A program made the position numbers and the translations under genes. A model generated the notes under the pieces. The model did not search any database, was not told where the DNA came from, and worked only from the letters and a program-made list of their open reading frames with translations. From a virus, in IMG/VR virus record IMGVR_UViG_3300044639_001298, positions 7,742-71,741 of that record: a DNA stretch of 64,000 nt; one strand, 5' to 3'. How positions within the stretch are numbered: position 1 is the first letter of the stretch; each line of letters opens with the position of its first letter. Shown in pieces: positions 1 to 9,831 of this stretch.

Positions 1-777
1 TGCGCAAACAAAGTTTCCGTTATCAACAATAAACGTAACAGTATCTGCTGAAGGTGTTACAGTTGGTGTAGGAGTTGGTGTAGGAGTTGGTGTAGGTGTA
101 GGTGTTGGTGTTACCGACGCGTATGAAATATTCGCACTAAAACCACTACATATATTTGCCGTAGGAGTTGGTGTTGGTGTAGGCGTTGGCGTAGGTGTTG
201 GTGTTGGAGTAGGTGTTGGTGTTGCAATGTCACACTCCAATAAAACATCAAAATCTAAAACTGAACACGGGTCAAAAGGTGTTGGTGCGGGACCACAACT
301 TCCACTAAACATAACAGTTTCATCTAAATCAGGACAAGATGAAAACGTTGGGTTCGACCCAAAGAAAAAACACGAACCAGACAAAGAATTACTTAAGCAC
401 CAATTAGTACCATTATAATAGATATAACCTGAACTATTAGTTCCACCTGTCCAATATGGTCTAGAATTATAACCACCCTTAAAAGTGTATGTACCTGAAT
501 ATCCACTATATAGTGTTGTAGACGCACTTATACATAAGTTTGTTGAACAACAACTTAAACAAGATGGGTCATTACAGGATGAACCTGATGTTGCAGTTCC
601 GGTAACTGTCGTTGATATGGTACTTGCGGTAACTCCTGTTACAACTTTATAACACCCGTTTGGGATATTTGTATCACCGGTAATAACATAAACTGTATTT
701 GTTGCAGCCGTGACCGGAAAAGTCGTGGCACTAAACACAAAATTATAACAACAACTACTAAAAACTACATTTGCCAT
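1..777 (-). CDS. Cys-rich virion/tail-associated protein with (PT)n tracts, partial (runs off the window); absent from the ORF track
   Basis: Manual translation from ATG at 777 ([36 protein letters not shown]...) is open to position 1. It has many Cys and two PT tracts, with TATTTATA at 797-804 upstream. Confidence 0.85.
   Translation of the reverse strand, partial: MANVVFSSCCYNFVFSATTFPVTAATNTVYVITGDTNIPNGCYKVVTGVTASTISTTVTGTATSGSSCNDPSCLSCCSTNLCISASTTLYSGYSGTYTFKGGYNSRPYWTGGTNSSGYIYYNGTNWCLSNSLSGSCFFFGSNPTFSSCPDLDETVMFSGSCGPAPTPFDPCSVLDFDVLLECDIATPTPTPTPTPTPTPTPTPTPTANICSGFSANISYASVTPTPTPTPTPTPTPTPTVTPSADTVTFIVDNGNFVCA
52..222 (-). repeat. Two coding (Thr-Pro)n tracts (52-111 and 160-222)
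   Basis: 6-bp periodic ggtgtt/ggagtt/ggtgta units, in frame with the 1..777 ORF. Confidence 0.9.
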
Positions 778-818
778 TCAGGTATTAACTTTATTATATA
801 AATAATCAAAAGTTTATT

Positions 819-1616
819 TTATAAATCTAAATTTATATCTCCAGGTTCATAATTGTAAAAATGTTTGTATAAATGAATAAAAGCAACGTCTCTTTGTTCC
901 TCCATCGGTACCGACCAACCTGTCTTATCAAACCAATTACCTTCATTTCTACTATCGTATTGAGCCCAATCATCCCAAATACCACTTGTATAACCAGCAT
1001 GTTGGAAAACAAACGATAAACTAGCATCGGACCATTCAATAGGTCTTGTATCCAATTCACGTATTTTTTGCCAATCAATCTCGTCTAATCTATTATAGAC
1101 ATCGATAAACGCTTCACGATTAAAAATTGTTCCTCCACAACCACCATAACTTTGAAGCGAACCTAAAGGTGACCAATGGTTTCTTGATTCGTCAGTTATA
1201 CTAAACTTATCTTTCAAATATTGATAAAGTTCATTAGTGTATGCCGGTCCGTTAGCACCTGCTATTGTAAATTTAGGAGGGATGGTAATTTCATTTTTAC
1301 ACCATACGTCATCTTCATAGTGTATTACCCAATCCACATCTTTTAGTGTTGTAGTACAGGCGTCATAAATTCTTTTTAACCAAGCCAAATTACTTTCAAT
1401 TCCAACTACGGGTCTTCCTGAATGTCTTAAGTTTTGTCCAGTAACATCAGTTTTTTTATAATCACAATTGAATTTTTTTGCTACGGGTTCCAATACGTCT
1501 GAACCATCTTCATATAATGCAACAGGTATGTTTGGGTATATTTTTCTTAATTGTTCTAATGCTTTATAACAGGCAACTAATTTATAACCTGATTGATAAA
1601 ATGCTCCTATTTTCAT
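819..1616 (-). CDS. GT-A fold glycosyltransferase
   Basis: LYEDGSD after strand 2, DWVIHYEDDVW (DxD-like metal motif), GGTIFNREAF, SDASLS and a C-terminal HLYK; overlaps the stop of the upstream GT. Confidence 0.75.
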   Translation of the reverse strand: MKIGAFYQSGYKLVACYKALEQLRKIYPNIPVALYEDGSDVLEPVAKKFNCDYKKTDVTGQNLRHSGRPVVGIESNLAWLKRIYDACTTTLKDVDWVIHYEDDVWCKNEITIPPKFTIAGANGPAYTNELYQYLKDKFSITDESRNHWSPLGSLQSYGGCGGTIFNREAFIDVYNRLDEIDWQKIRELDTRPIEWSDASLSFVFQHAGYTSGIWDDWAQYDSRNEGNWFDKTGWSVPMEEQRDVAFIHLYKHFYNYEPGDINLDL

Positions 1617-2809
1617 AATAATATGTCTTGTCTATTGACCCATTCTCCATTTATGTCGTTAACCCAATAAACCCATTTATGTGGTTTATCGTAACTTTCA
1701 ATTCTTAAATTTAATTTTTCTTGATAACTTGTTAAATCTTGTCTGTATATAACTTCACCTTTATCGTCTTCAACTCCAATGTAAATAAACTTGAAGTTTT
1801 CAGTATGTGGTATATCCAATTCTAAATCAAATACTTGTTTTTGTTTTAGATACCACTCAGTTTCATCATTAATTGGTGGGTTAATTCCTTTGATTGTATC
1901 AGGATGTAACATTCTTTCTTTGAAACTAATACCGGCATATAATTCATAATCGTGGTGGGTTCTTACTTCACCAAGACCATAAATACCTAAATCAATATTG
2001 TTATCTTCTTCTTGTAACATATGTCTCAACCTTCTTTTTGAGTCATTGTCCATTTCCCACCACGGTTTTTCAACAACACCTGAAACTAAATTATCCGTAT
2101 TAAAATCCGTCCAATGTTTTGTTCTACCTTCTCTTGTGTATTCATGCCAAATTATTGTTTTATGTGGATGAAATAAATCATAACCTAAGGTAAATGAACG
2201 AATTGATAAACTAATCTCATCGCCAGCGAAATAAATGTTTGGGTCGTACTTATATTCTTCACAATGTTTTCCGATAGTAAAAAAGAAATGTCCACTAACA
2301 AATCTTGCGGGGATTGGTTTATCTAAATCTTGCCAATTAGGTATCCCATTAGGTCTAAAAAGAATTGTTCCTCCTGGTGTGAAGTTTGATGCAACCATTT
2401 TATATGGTTCAACATTTAATAACTGATTATTACTTGGTCTATACATTCCTGCATATGATGTGATGATTGGTTTTTCTGACCCCGTTAGTTTCATCATTTC
2501 GATTAATTCAACATCCCAATCCTGTAAGAATCTGTGATGTGAATCTAATTGAAGTGTGTATTCTTCACCATTCCATAATTTTTGGATTTCTGAACGAGCC
2601 CAACATAGTCCTTTACTTTTTGACCAATGGTAATCTAAGATTTTGAATCTTGGGTCATTTGCAAATTCTTCCATTGATTCATTTTCATCTCGTTGCCAAC
2701 AAATACCAAATGTTAAATTTTCGGGATGTTTTGCTTTTGAAATACAGTCTCTAATTGTGGGTAAAAGTTCGGGGTCTCTATAAGACGCGATTTGTACAAA
2801 TATTTTCAT
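1613..2809 (-). CDS. GT60-like (Skp1/mucin-type polypeptide GlcNAc transferase, Pfam GlcNAc family) glycosyltransferase
   Basis: IFVQIASYRDPEL..TI..C, GLCWARS..Q.L..GEEY.LQLDSHHRF..WD, FVSGHFFF, YDP..YF.GDEI and IWHEY.R motifs match Gnt1/TcOGNT-like enzymes. The ATG at 2809 is preferred over the TTG at 2815. Confidence 0.85.
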   Translation of the reverse strand: MKIFVQIASYRDPELLPTIRDCISKAKHPENLTFGICWQRDENESMEEFANDPRFKILDYHWSKSKGLCWARSEIQKLWNGEEYTLQLDSHHRFLQDWDVELIEMMKLTGSEKPIITSYAGMYRPSNNQLLNVEPYKMVASNFTPGGTILFRPNGIPNWQDLDKPIPARFVSGHFFFTIGKHCEEYKYDPNIYFAGDEISLSIRSFTLGYDLFHPHKTIIWHEYTREGRTKHWTDFNTDNLVSGVVEKPWWEMDNDSKRRLRHMLQEEDNNIDLGIYGLGEVRTHHDYELYAGISFKERMLHPDTIKGINPPINDETEWYLKQKQVFDLELDIPHTENFKFIYIGVEDDKGEVIYRQDLTSYQEKLNLRIESYDKPHKWVYWVNDINGEWVNRQDILL

Positions 2810-2846
2810 AATCAAATACTATGAAATATTATATATAAATAAACAT

Positions 2847-3047
2847 TTAAGCTATCTCATAACTACCATTCCAAATAAATCTATCGCTAGTCGTCCATGT
2901 AAATGGTTGTGTTGGGTTTACGTCACTAGCAGTTCCATTTGCAATATTTACATATTGCATAGGGGCTTTAGTGTTAAACCCTGCTCTTCCTCCAGCCATT
3001 GTAGCATTATACCAAGCACTACCATTATCTAATAGGGTTACCGTCAT
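2847..3047 (-). CDS. C-terminal segment of the upstream tail fibre in the +1 frame (frameshifted continuation rather than an independent gene)
   Basis: The frame is open upstream of the ATG (..ADAILMTVTLLDNGSAWY..) and overlaps the TGA at 3058-3060. It completes a beta-sandwich tip domain ending WNGSYEIA. Confidence 0.65.
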   Translation of the reverse strand: MTVTLLDNGSAWYNATMAGGRAGFNTKAPMQYVNIANGTASDVNPTQPFTWTTSDRFIWNGSYEIA

Positions 3048-3057
3048 TAATATGGCG

Positions 3058-5886
3058 TCAGCGTACGGCTGTAACCGGCATCGAGACGTACCATTCTCCT
3101 GTGCCGAAAGTTGTTGTACTACCCATCGCGATATTTCCTCTTACAAAACATGTTTTACCAATTAGTTTGTAGTACCCTTCTATTGTTCCATTACCAATTA
3201 CAGGATTAGTACCACTTGCCGTCCATACAGGTGTATAAGATGTCCAAGCGGATTCTATTTGTGAACCAGAAAGATTAAATGTTATTGCAGATACTGATGT
3301 TGCAGATATTGTTGTTGAAGTTGCAGTCAACGCTGATAATGTAGTTGCTGATACTGTTCTTGAAGTTACGGTAGTTGCTGATACTGTTGGTGAAGTTACC
3401 GTTAATGCGGATAATGATGTGGCAGATATTGTAGTTGCTGTCATACCACTTGTAAAAGTATTACCACTAATTATAACAGAACTACCAGACATTGTAACTA
3501 AATCAGAATTGTTTACTCTGAATTTCATGTAACTTGGTGGGAATGAATTGTTAGTTACAAACATATCAATACCGACAGGTACGCTTGAATTGTCTGAAAT
3601 CCCTAATTGGATTTTTCTATCAGAGCTTAACTCGTCACCACCGCTTGATGCTATAAATGGCCCTTCTTTGTTAACACCACCTGTGGATGTAATTAATAAT
3701 TCTCCGGTTCTTTGATAGATAGACCCATTAACATCTAAGTCATACACAGGGGAGTTAATCCCAATTCCCATCCTTTTATTTACGTTATCCCAAGTAAATC
3801 CAGTAGTTTGACTTACCGTACTTGCCGAACTTTGGAATAGGACTCCACCTGTAAATCCTGATTGAATCTGTGTTGAGTTAATAATTACTACATCACTTGG
3901 TAAATTTTGATAAGTTGTTGCAGATATTGTTGTTGCAGAAATGGTAGATGCGGATAATGCTGCGGACCAAATAGCATTACCACTAGCATCAGACACTAAA
4001 ACATACCCCGCAGAAGCTCCTGATGTAATTTGAAGATTTATAGTTTTTGTTTTACCGCTAACATCTACCCTCTCAGTTGGATTTTCAGTTCCAAAACCAA
4101 CATAACCTCTTGTTGTTCCAGTTCCTTTTATAAAAACATCTGAAATATTTGCTGAAGTACTGCCAACTTTTATTTTTATATTGTTTTCACTATTAGTAAC
4201 TCCTGACAGTGTTAGTATATTAAAGTTGTTAGTATTTGTCATACTAACAAATGTATCTCCCGTTACATACCCTCCTGATACTGGAAAGCTTTCACCAAAA
4301 GCACCAATATTGAAACCTATACCACCAGCAGTTACAACTGCAGTTGAAAATTGAGTTGATGTACCTGATATTTGAATTCCTGATTGACCAATACTAGGTT
4401 TGAATCCAAAACTTCCGTACTGTGAACGGAAATCTAAATCAAATGAAGGTACTGTGTTAAATCCTACTCTTTTATTTGGTAAATCTAAAACTAACTGATT
4501 AAATTTACCAAAAGTAACTATTCCTTCATCATTTGTATTTATACCTAATGGTCCACATGAACGTAATCTTGTTGTAAATACATCAGTAACACAAGCACTA
4601 CTGTCACCAACAGTAGTCGTATTTATTGTTGTTGCAGATAAACCTTGACTAAAAAAAGTTGTACCTGTTACCGTACCACCTGATAATGGTAAAAATTCAC
4701 CACCACCTCCAACACCGCTAGTACCTGAAGTTCCATTTATACCTGAAGAGCCGTTTAATCCTGAAGAACCGTTTGTGCCATTTATGCCCGATGAACCTGA
4801 TGAACCATCTAATCCAGAACTACCACTAGTACCATTTATACCTGATGAACCTGATGAACCATCTAATCCAGAACTACCACTAGTACCATTTATACCTGAT
4901 GAACCGTTTAATCCATTTATACCCGATGAACCATCTAATCCAGAACTACCACTAGTACCATTTATACCTGATGAACCGTTTAATCCAGAACTACCACTCG
5001 TACCATTTATACCTGATGAACCCGAAGTTCCACTTGAACCTCCACTTACTGTGGCTGCTGACCATATACCGTTACCACTTGCATCCGATACTAATATGTA
5101 ACCCGCAGTTGCTCCTGATGTCATTTGGAAACTTATTGTCTTTGTTTTTCCACTTACATCTACCCGTTCAGTTGGGTTTATAGTTCCAAAACCTACGTAA
5201 CCTCTCGTTGAGCCGGTTCCTTGGATGTGTATGTCGGGTATTGTCCCATCAGGGTCGTCCCCCGCATAAAATCTAATGTAATCTTCAGTTCCACTAGTAC
5301 CAGCGTTATTAATAATATTTAATCCGTTAGCTTCATTACTTGCATAGACAAAAGCATCACCTACTTTACCATAACCTGGATTAGTCACACTATCCCAAGT
5401 TCTCATACCTAACTGAACAGACGCGGTTGGTTTTGTTAAGTAAGGTGATACACTTACCTGAAACATAGGTAAAGATGTAAATCCTGAAATATTTAATCTA
5501 CCTCCTAATTCATTTGGATTAAAAATCATAAACCCGGTACTTCCGGTTATAGTTCCACCCGAAAGTGGTAAAAATTGTCCATTTCCGGTACCAACACCAC
5601 TTGTTCCACTAGTACCGTTAGTACCATTTATACCAGAAGAACCCGAAGACCCATTTATACCACTTGAGCCGTTGGTACCTGAAGTTCCATTAGTACCGCT
5701 AGTTCCCGCACTACCCGCAGTTCCTGTGGCTCCTGTAATAACACTTGCTAATTGTTGGATTGTTGCCTTATATGATGACCCCGCAGCATTCTGTGAAGTA
5801 TCACCTGTAATTACTATATGAATTAAATCATTAAGTGTAACACCCGTGGCTAAGGTTCTATCGGTTAATCTATTGTAAACTGGCAT
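3058..5886 (-). CDS. Tail fibre protein with Gly-Ser/Thr triplet repeats and a duplicated shaft module
   Basis: GxG/T.NP...DV.G fibre motifs (VGFGTINPTERVDVSG twice, MGIGINSPVYDLDVNG), FLPLSGGT twice, SATT pentapeptide repeats and a WTSYTP..GNGT..G.Y..IGKT tip domain. Confidence 0.8.
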   Translation of the reverse strand: MPVYNRLTDRTLATGVTLNDLIHIVITGDTSQNAAGSSYKATIQQLASVITGATGTAGSAGTSGTNGTSGTNGSSGINGSSGSSGINGTNGTSGTSGVGTGNGQFLPLSGGTITGSTGFMIFNPNELGGRLNISGFTSLPMFQVSVSPYLTKPTASVQLGMRTWDSVTNPGYGKVGDAFVYASNEANGLNIINNAGTSGTEDYIRFYAGDDPDGTIPDIHIQGTGSTRGYVGFGTINPTERVDVSGKTKTISFQMTSGATAGYILVSDASGNGIWSAATVSGGSSGTSGSSGINGTSGSSGLNGSSGINGTSGSSGLDGSSGINGLNGSSGINGTSGSSGLDGSSGSSGINGTSGSSGLDGSSGSSGINGTNGSSGLNGSSGINGTSGTSGVGGGGEFLPLSGGTVTGTTFFSQGLSATTINTTTVGDSSACVTDVFTTRLRSCGPLGINTNDEGIVTFGKFNQLVLDLPNKRVGFNTVPSFDLDFRSQYGSFGFKPSIGQSGIQISGTSTQFSTAVVTAGGIGFNIGAFGESFPVSGGYVTGDTFVSMTNTNNFNILTLSGVTNSENNIKIKVGSTSANISDVFIKGTGTTRGYVGFGTENPTERVDVSGKTKTINLQITSGASAGYVLVSDASGNAIWSAALSASTISATTISATTYQNLPSDVVIINSTQIQSGFTGGVLFQSSASTVSQTTGFTWDNVNKRMGIGINSPVYDLDVNGSIYQRTGELLITSTGGVNKEGPFIASSGGDELSSDRKIQLGISDNSSVPVGIDMFVTNNSFPPSYMKFRVNNSDLVTMSGSSVIISGNTFTSGMTATTISATSLSALTVTSPTVSATTVTSRTVSATTLSALTATSTTISATSVSAITFNLSGSQIESAWTSYTPVWTASGTNPVIGNGTIEGYYKLIGKTCFVRGNIAMGSTTTFGTGEWYVSMPVTAVR
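4715..5040 (-). repeat. Coding G-x-x (GSS/GTS/GIN/GLD) tandem repeat with near-exact ~45-bp units
   Basis: gatgaaccatctaatccagaactaccactagtaccatttatacct occurs three times exactly, plus variants; a shorter tract lies at about 5600-5725. Confidence 0.9.
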
Positions 5887-5909
5887 ATCACTTTATAAAT
5901 ATTGTCGAA

Positions 5910-6197
5910 CTAATTTTGGAACACATTAATATCTCCATCCATGAAAATAAACACATTTCCATTTTGGAATAAGTATACTCCACATTCTAATAAATATAAT
6001 TTCTCACATAAAGTACCATCTAAAATTTTCAAATATACCGCAGGTGAATTAGGAAAATAACTTTCTGTATTAATAACCACAGGTGGCGTAAACGAAGCAA
6101 CTGTTGTTACAAAAAAACATGAAGTATTATTAGGGTCACAAACATAAATGTTGTAAGGACTCGTTCCACTTGTTACACCTGTGATTTCTATTAACAT
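5910..6197 (-). CDS. Small Cys-containing tail-associated protein, paralog of 6198..6485
   Basis: Shared pattern I.G..GT.PY..YVCD....CF...(L/I)K..D...C; resembles a single SprB-like unit. Confidence 0.7.
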   Translation of the reverse strand: MLIEITGVTSGTSPYNIYVCDPNNTSCFFVTTVASFTPPVVINTESYFPNSPAVYLKILDGTLCEKLYLLECGVYLFQNGNVFIFMDGDINVFQN

Positions 6198-6485
6198 CTA
6201 TATCCAAACTAATCTGTCTCCACTTTCTGTGGTTATTATCAATCCTGTCTCTGTCAAAATGAAGAATGTATCATCAGGACAGTACACAAGTTTGAATGTC
6301 ATACATCCTGTACTATCAACAACTTTTATAAGTAATACTTGAGCGGTTGAAAAAAAGGTATTTAATGTAAATGTGCCTCCCGTTGGTCCTAACAAGAAGC
6401 AGTTATTCATATATTGGTCACATACATAAAACTGATAAGGAGGTGTTCCTCCCGTCTCCCCTGATATGATTAGTTGTGATGGCAT
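6198..6485 (-). CDS. Small Cys-containing tail-associated protein, paralog of 5910..6197
   Basis: GGTPPYQFYVCD..NCF...IKVVDSTGC with a C-terminal ILTETG..ITTESG tail; translationally coupled to its neighbours. Confidence 0.7.
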   Translation of the reverse strand: MPSQLIISGETGGTPPYQFYVCDQYMNNCFLLGPTGGTFTLNTFFSTAQVLLIKVVDSTGCMTFKLVYCPDDTFFILTETGLIITTESGDRLVWI

Positions 6486-9400
6486 TATGGGCAGGTTTGA
6501 ACATTTGTTATTACACCAGAACTATTAACTTGGATTACATATTTAGTATTATAATTACCTAATTCATCACTTGGAGCGGTAGGATAAGTAATTGCAATCC
6601 ATTTGTTGTCTCCATTAACCAAGTTTGTGCCGGTAGCCCCAGAATAAACGTTTGAACCAACAGTAGGTGGAACACTAAAGGTATCAATAAAATACATTGT
6701 TTCATATGCTATATTATTACACGCATCGCCACTTGTTGTTGCTGAAATTACATTATTTCCAATCCATGACTGACCACCAAATAAAGGAGTAGTGTACCTA
6801 TATAATAATATATTAGAACCACTAGCCGGATTTATGGTAGAACCAGATGAAGACGCAATTATTTCAAATAAAGCAACTTTTTGACCAAATGTTGACGATG
6901 TGGTGTTTGCGCTTGTTACGAATGATAATGTTCCTGTACCTGAACCGTTAGTAGTAACGGTAAAAGTGTTTGCACTATATTCATCATATAATACTCCGTT
7001 GATTGATGAACCACCTGAAAATCTTATCAAATTAGGTAAAGTAAATCTTATTGTTAACGTTTCATTAGGTGCTCCTGCATAGTTCAAATTACCTGACTGT
7101 ATTTGTGGTGTTGCCCATTGACCTCCACCAGTATTTACCCATGTCCCAGATGGAAATCTTGCGAGATACCCTGGAGTTGGTGTTGGCGTTGGTGTTACAG
7201 TCGGCGTAGGAGTTGGTGTTGGCGTTGGTGTTACAGTCGGCGTAGGAGTTGGCGTCGGCGTTGCAGTAGGCGTCGGTGTTGGTGTTGGCGTTGCAGTCGG
7301 CGTAGGAGTTGGTGTTGGCGTTGCAGTTGGCGTCGGTGTTGCAGTTGGCGTAGGAGTTGGCGTCGGTGTTGCAGTTGGCGTAGGAGTTGGTGTTGGTGTT
7401 GCAGTTGGTGTAGGAGTTGGCGTCGGCGTTGCAGTTGGCGTAGGAGTTGGTGTTGGTGTTGCAGTTGGCGTAGGAGTTGGTGTTGGTGTTGCAGTTGGTG
7501 TAGGAGTTGGTGTTGGTGTTGGGAATAAATAACCTGAACAAGTAACGTCATACACGATTTCTAAACCTAAACTAAAGTCAGCATCCGCAAGTGGGTCATT
7601 ATCACCATCACAATTTGAAAGGATTGTTAAAGTATTATTTAATAAATCTATGGTATAACTATCAATTTGACTTATACTTGACAAAACACTTTCAATTGTT
7701 GATTGCCAAACCGTATCTTGTGGTACATCATTCAATGTTGTTGCTGTATAGAAAGTCTGAGTGAATGCACTTCCATTTATATCAATCTCACACGTTAAGA
7801 CCGCTGAGTTGAATACGCAATTAGTATATCCTGAAGTAATGTCTAAATACCCCTCGTTCAACATTTCAACTAAACCTCTTTGATTACCAGGTACAGTCGT
7901 AAAGGTATTTGTACAAAGATTAAAAGTTTGGTACGATGACAGTAAATTACCTATACAACTGATTGTTACACCTTGTGTTTGTGTACATCCCGAGGCGTCT
8001 GTGATATTAACGGTATAAGTTCCTGAACCTAAGTTAGATGCTGTCGCACCTGTCTGTCCGTTTGACCACAAATAAGTAAATGGTGGTGACCCATCATAAA
8101 TGTTTACCGTAGCACTACCGTCATTTGAACCTGTACAATTAGTTGTTACAATACCCGTTAAAAGTGAACCACCTGTTGTGATATCGAAAGTTTTAGTTAC
8201 AACACAACCATCAGCATCTGTCACGTTAAGTGTATAACTTCCCGCAGCCAAACTAGTATATGTTACAGAAGATAATGGTGAGTCGATAAGAGTATCACCA
8301 TTACTTAAAACATAATCTAAAGGTGATGTAAAACCTGTACTTACTTGTATCAACGCAGCACCGTTTAATTGATTACATGTTGAACCAGTAGTTGTTGCGC
8401 TAACTGTGAATTTTGGCGTTGATGTGACGCTTACTTGTTGACTATATATACAAGTACTAGCAGTTCCTGAAATCGTTACCAAATATATATCGGTTGGTAA
8501 ATTTGTGAAGGTATATGTTTGGCTTTGACTAACGAAACTTTGTACAGAACTTGTTGTTTGTGCAGATAAAGTATATAGATACGTTTGGTTAGTACCCCCT
8601 ATAGTAACATTTATTGACCCTCCGTTTGCATTACAAATAGGGTTGGTTGATGAAATATTTACAACATCGAATCCTCCGGGTGTTGTTAAATTACCACTTA
8701 CTAAAACTTCACAAAAACTAGCGTCTCTAACCAATACCTCATAATTTCCAGCACTTAAACCTGAGATTGTAAACGTGTCTGAAAGAGTATAACTAACAAG
8801 ACCCGTAGTTGCCGAATAATAAAGTGGTTGTGTTCCTCCTGATATCGTAAAAGTTAAAGAACCGTTATTTTGGAAACACGATGGTTGTTGAGCAGTAAGA
8901 AACGATAACCCTAAAGGTAATGCTGTACCGATTGTTTCTGATTTTGTTGTCTGACAACCTAAACTATCTGTAACCGTACATGAATAAGAGCCTTGGGTTA
9001 ATCCAGTAATTACTTGAGTTGTTTCACCATTACTCCATAAATAAGTGAATGGTCCTGTGCCTGTTGCTCCTGTGACCGCAAGTTTACCCCAATTCAAAGT
9101 ACAGTTTGATGTGTCTACCTTCCAAAAACCAAAATCAACCGCAGTACTGGCACTCACAATAACATTTTCGGTTATTGCCGTTGCTAAACCATTATCAACC
9201 ACAACACAATAATATATACCATCATCTAAATTTGCAATGGTTGTTGGCATCGTTGATGTCGTAGTTGTTGATAGGTAATTACTATCTTTATAAACTAATA
9301 TTGTAAAAGGTGAACCAGATGTTGCAGCACTAACTTGAAAACTACCGTTTGATAAACCACACGTAGTACCACTTGTACCAAATATTTTTGCATCAAAACA

Positions 9401-9823
9401 CCCACTTACCGTAACGTTTATATATAACTCGTTGTTTTGGACACCTAAACTATCATTTAATCTGAAGACATATGTCGAACCTGTTAAACCAGTAAAAGTA
9501 ATCGATGTAGTTCCTGTTTGTGCAGAAAAAGGTTGGCCGATAATACAATCAATAGTATATGGTGGAATACCACCTGAAGGATAAAATTGTAATGTACCTG
9601 TCGCTGCAGAACAAACTCCTGTTAATGAAAAACTATAAGAAAGTGGTCCTTGATTACAATTTTGTGTACATGTTTGACCTGTAGCAATAAATACACCAAA
9701 TGATGAACCTGTAAATGCTTGGTCTAAACAAATACTATCTCCAACAGATGCTCCTGTGTGTAATATTCCACAACAATCCGTATAACTATAAACTCCATTG
9801 GTTAAACCTGAAACACAAGCCAT
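6485..9823 (-). CDS. SprB-repeat adhesin-like virion protein with a long (PT)n linker
   Basis: Repeated G..P(Y/F)TYLWSNG.T.....L..G.Y...VTD..GC units (SprB repeat), a ~117-aa PT tract and a distinct C-terminal domain. Confidence 0.8.
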   Translation of the reverse strand: MACVSGLTNGVYSYTDCCGILHTGASVGDSICLDQAFTGSSFGVFIATGQTCTQNCNQGPLSYSFSLTGVCSAATGTLQFYPSGGIPPYTIDCIIGQPFSAQTGTTSITFTGLTGSTYVFRLNDSLGVQNNELYINVTVSGCFDAKIFGTSGTTCGLSNGSFQVSAATSGSPFTILVYKDSNYLSTTTTSTMPTTIANLDDGIYYCVVVDNGLATAITENVIVSASTAVDFGFWKVDTSNCTLNWGKLAVTGATGTGPFTYLWSNGETTQVITGLTQGSYSCTVTDSLGCQTTKSETIGTALPLGLSFLTAQQPSCFQNNGSLTFTISGGTQPLYYSATTGLVSYTLSDTFTISGLSAGNYEVLVRDASFCEVLVSGNLTTPGGFDVVNISSTNPICNANGGSINVTIGGTNQTYLYTLSAQTTSSVQSFVSQSQTYTFTNLPTDIYLVTISGTASTCIYSQQVSVTSTPKFTVSATTTGSTCNQLNGAALIQVSTGFTSPLDYVLSNGDTLIDSPLSSVTYTSLAAGSYTLNVTDADGCVVTKTFDITTGGSLLTGIVTTNCTGSNDGSATVNIYDGSPPFTYLWSNGQTGATASNLGSGTYTVNITDASGCTQTQGVTISCIGNLLSSYQTFNLCTNTFTTVPGNQRGLVEMLNEGYLDITSGYTNCVFNSAVLTCEIDINGSAFTQTFYTATTLNDVPQDTVWQSTIESVLSSISQIDSYTIDLLNNTLTILSNCDGDNDPLADADFSLGLEIVYDVTCSGYLFPTPTPTPTPTATPTPTPTPTATPTPTPTPTATPTPTPTPTATPTPTPTPTATPTPTPTPTATPTPTATPTPTPTPTATPTPTPTPTATPTPTPTPTVTPTPTPTPTPTVTPTPTPTPGYLARFPSGTWVNTGGGQWATPQIQSGNLNYAGAPNETLTIRFTLPNLIRFSGGSSINGVLYDEYSANTFTVTTNGSGTGTLSFVTSANTTSSTFGQKVALFEIIASSSGSTINPASGSNILLYRYTTPLFGGQSWIGNNVISATTSGDACNNIAYETMYFIDTFSVPPTVGSNVYSGATGTNLVNGDNKWIAITYPTAPSDELGNYNTKYVIQVNSSGVITNVQTCP
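7172..7523 (-). repeat. Coding mucin-like (PT)n tract with ~30-bp higher-order period ([10 protein letters not shown])
   Basis: Directly visible ggcgtaggagttggtgttggtgttgcagtt-type units. Confidence 0.95.
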
Positions 9824-9831
9824 TTTTTATT

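Noticed and set aside
3058-3060. Stop-codon reassignment or TGA readthrough, as in recoded large phages
   Set aside because: Readthrough in frame hits TAA about 10 codons later. Conserved genes are intact under code 11, and TAG and TGA act as normal stops elsewhere.
4715-5040. Near-exact 45-bp direct repeats resembling a CRISPR array
   Set aside because: No unique spacers, unit lengths are multiples of 9, and they are in frame in the fibre gene encoding G-x-x triplets; no cas genes are present
4775-5183. Plus-strand ORFs with PDEP repeats
   Set aside because: Antisense shadows of the Gly-Ser repeat tract
2847-5886. Diversity-generating retroelement target in the fibre tip
   Set aside because: No reverse transcriptase and no adenine-specific template/variable repeat pair in this window; the internal duplication differs at all base types
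7089-7551. Three alternative-frame ORFs ([20 protein letters not shown] repeats)
   Set aside because: Stop-free by-products of the (PT)n repeat
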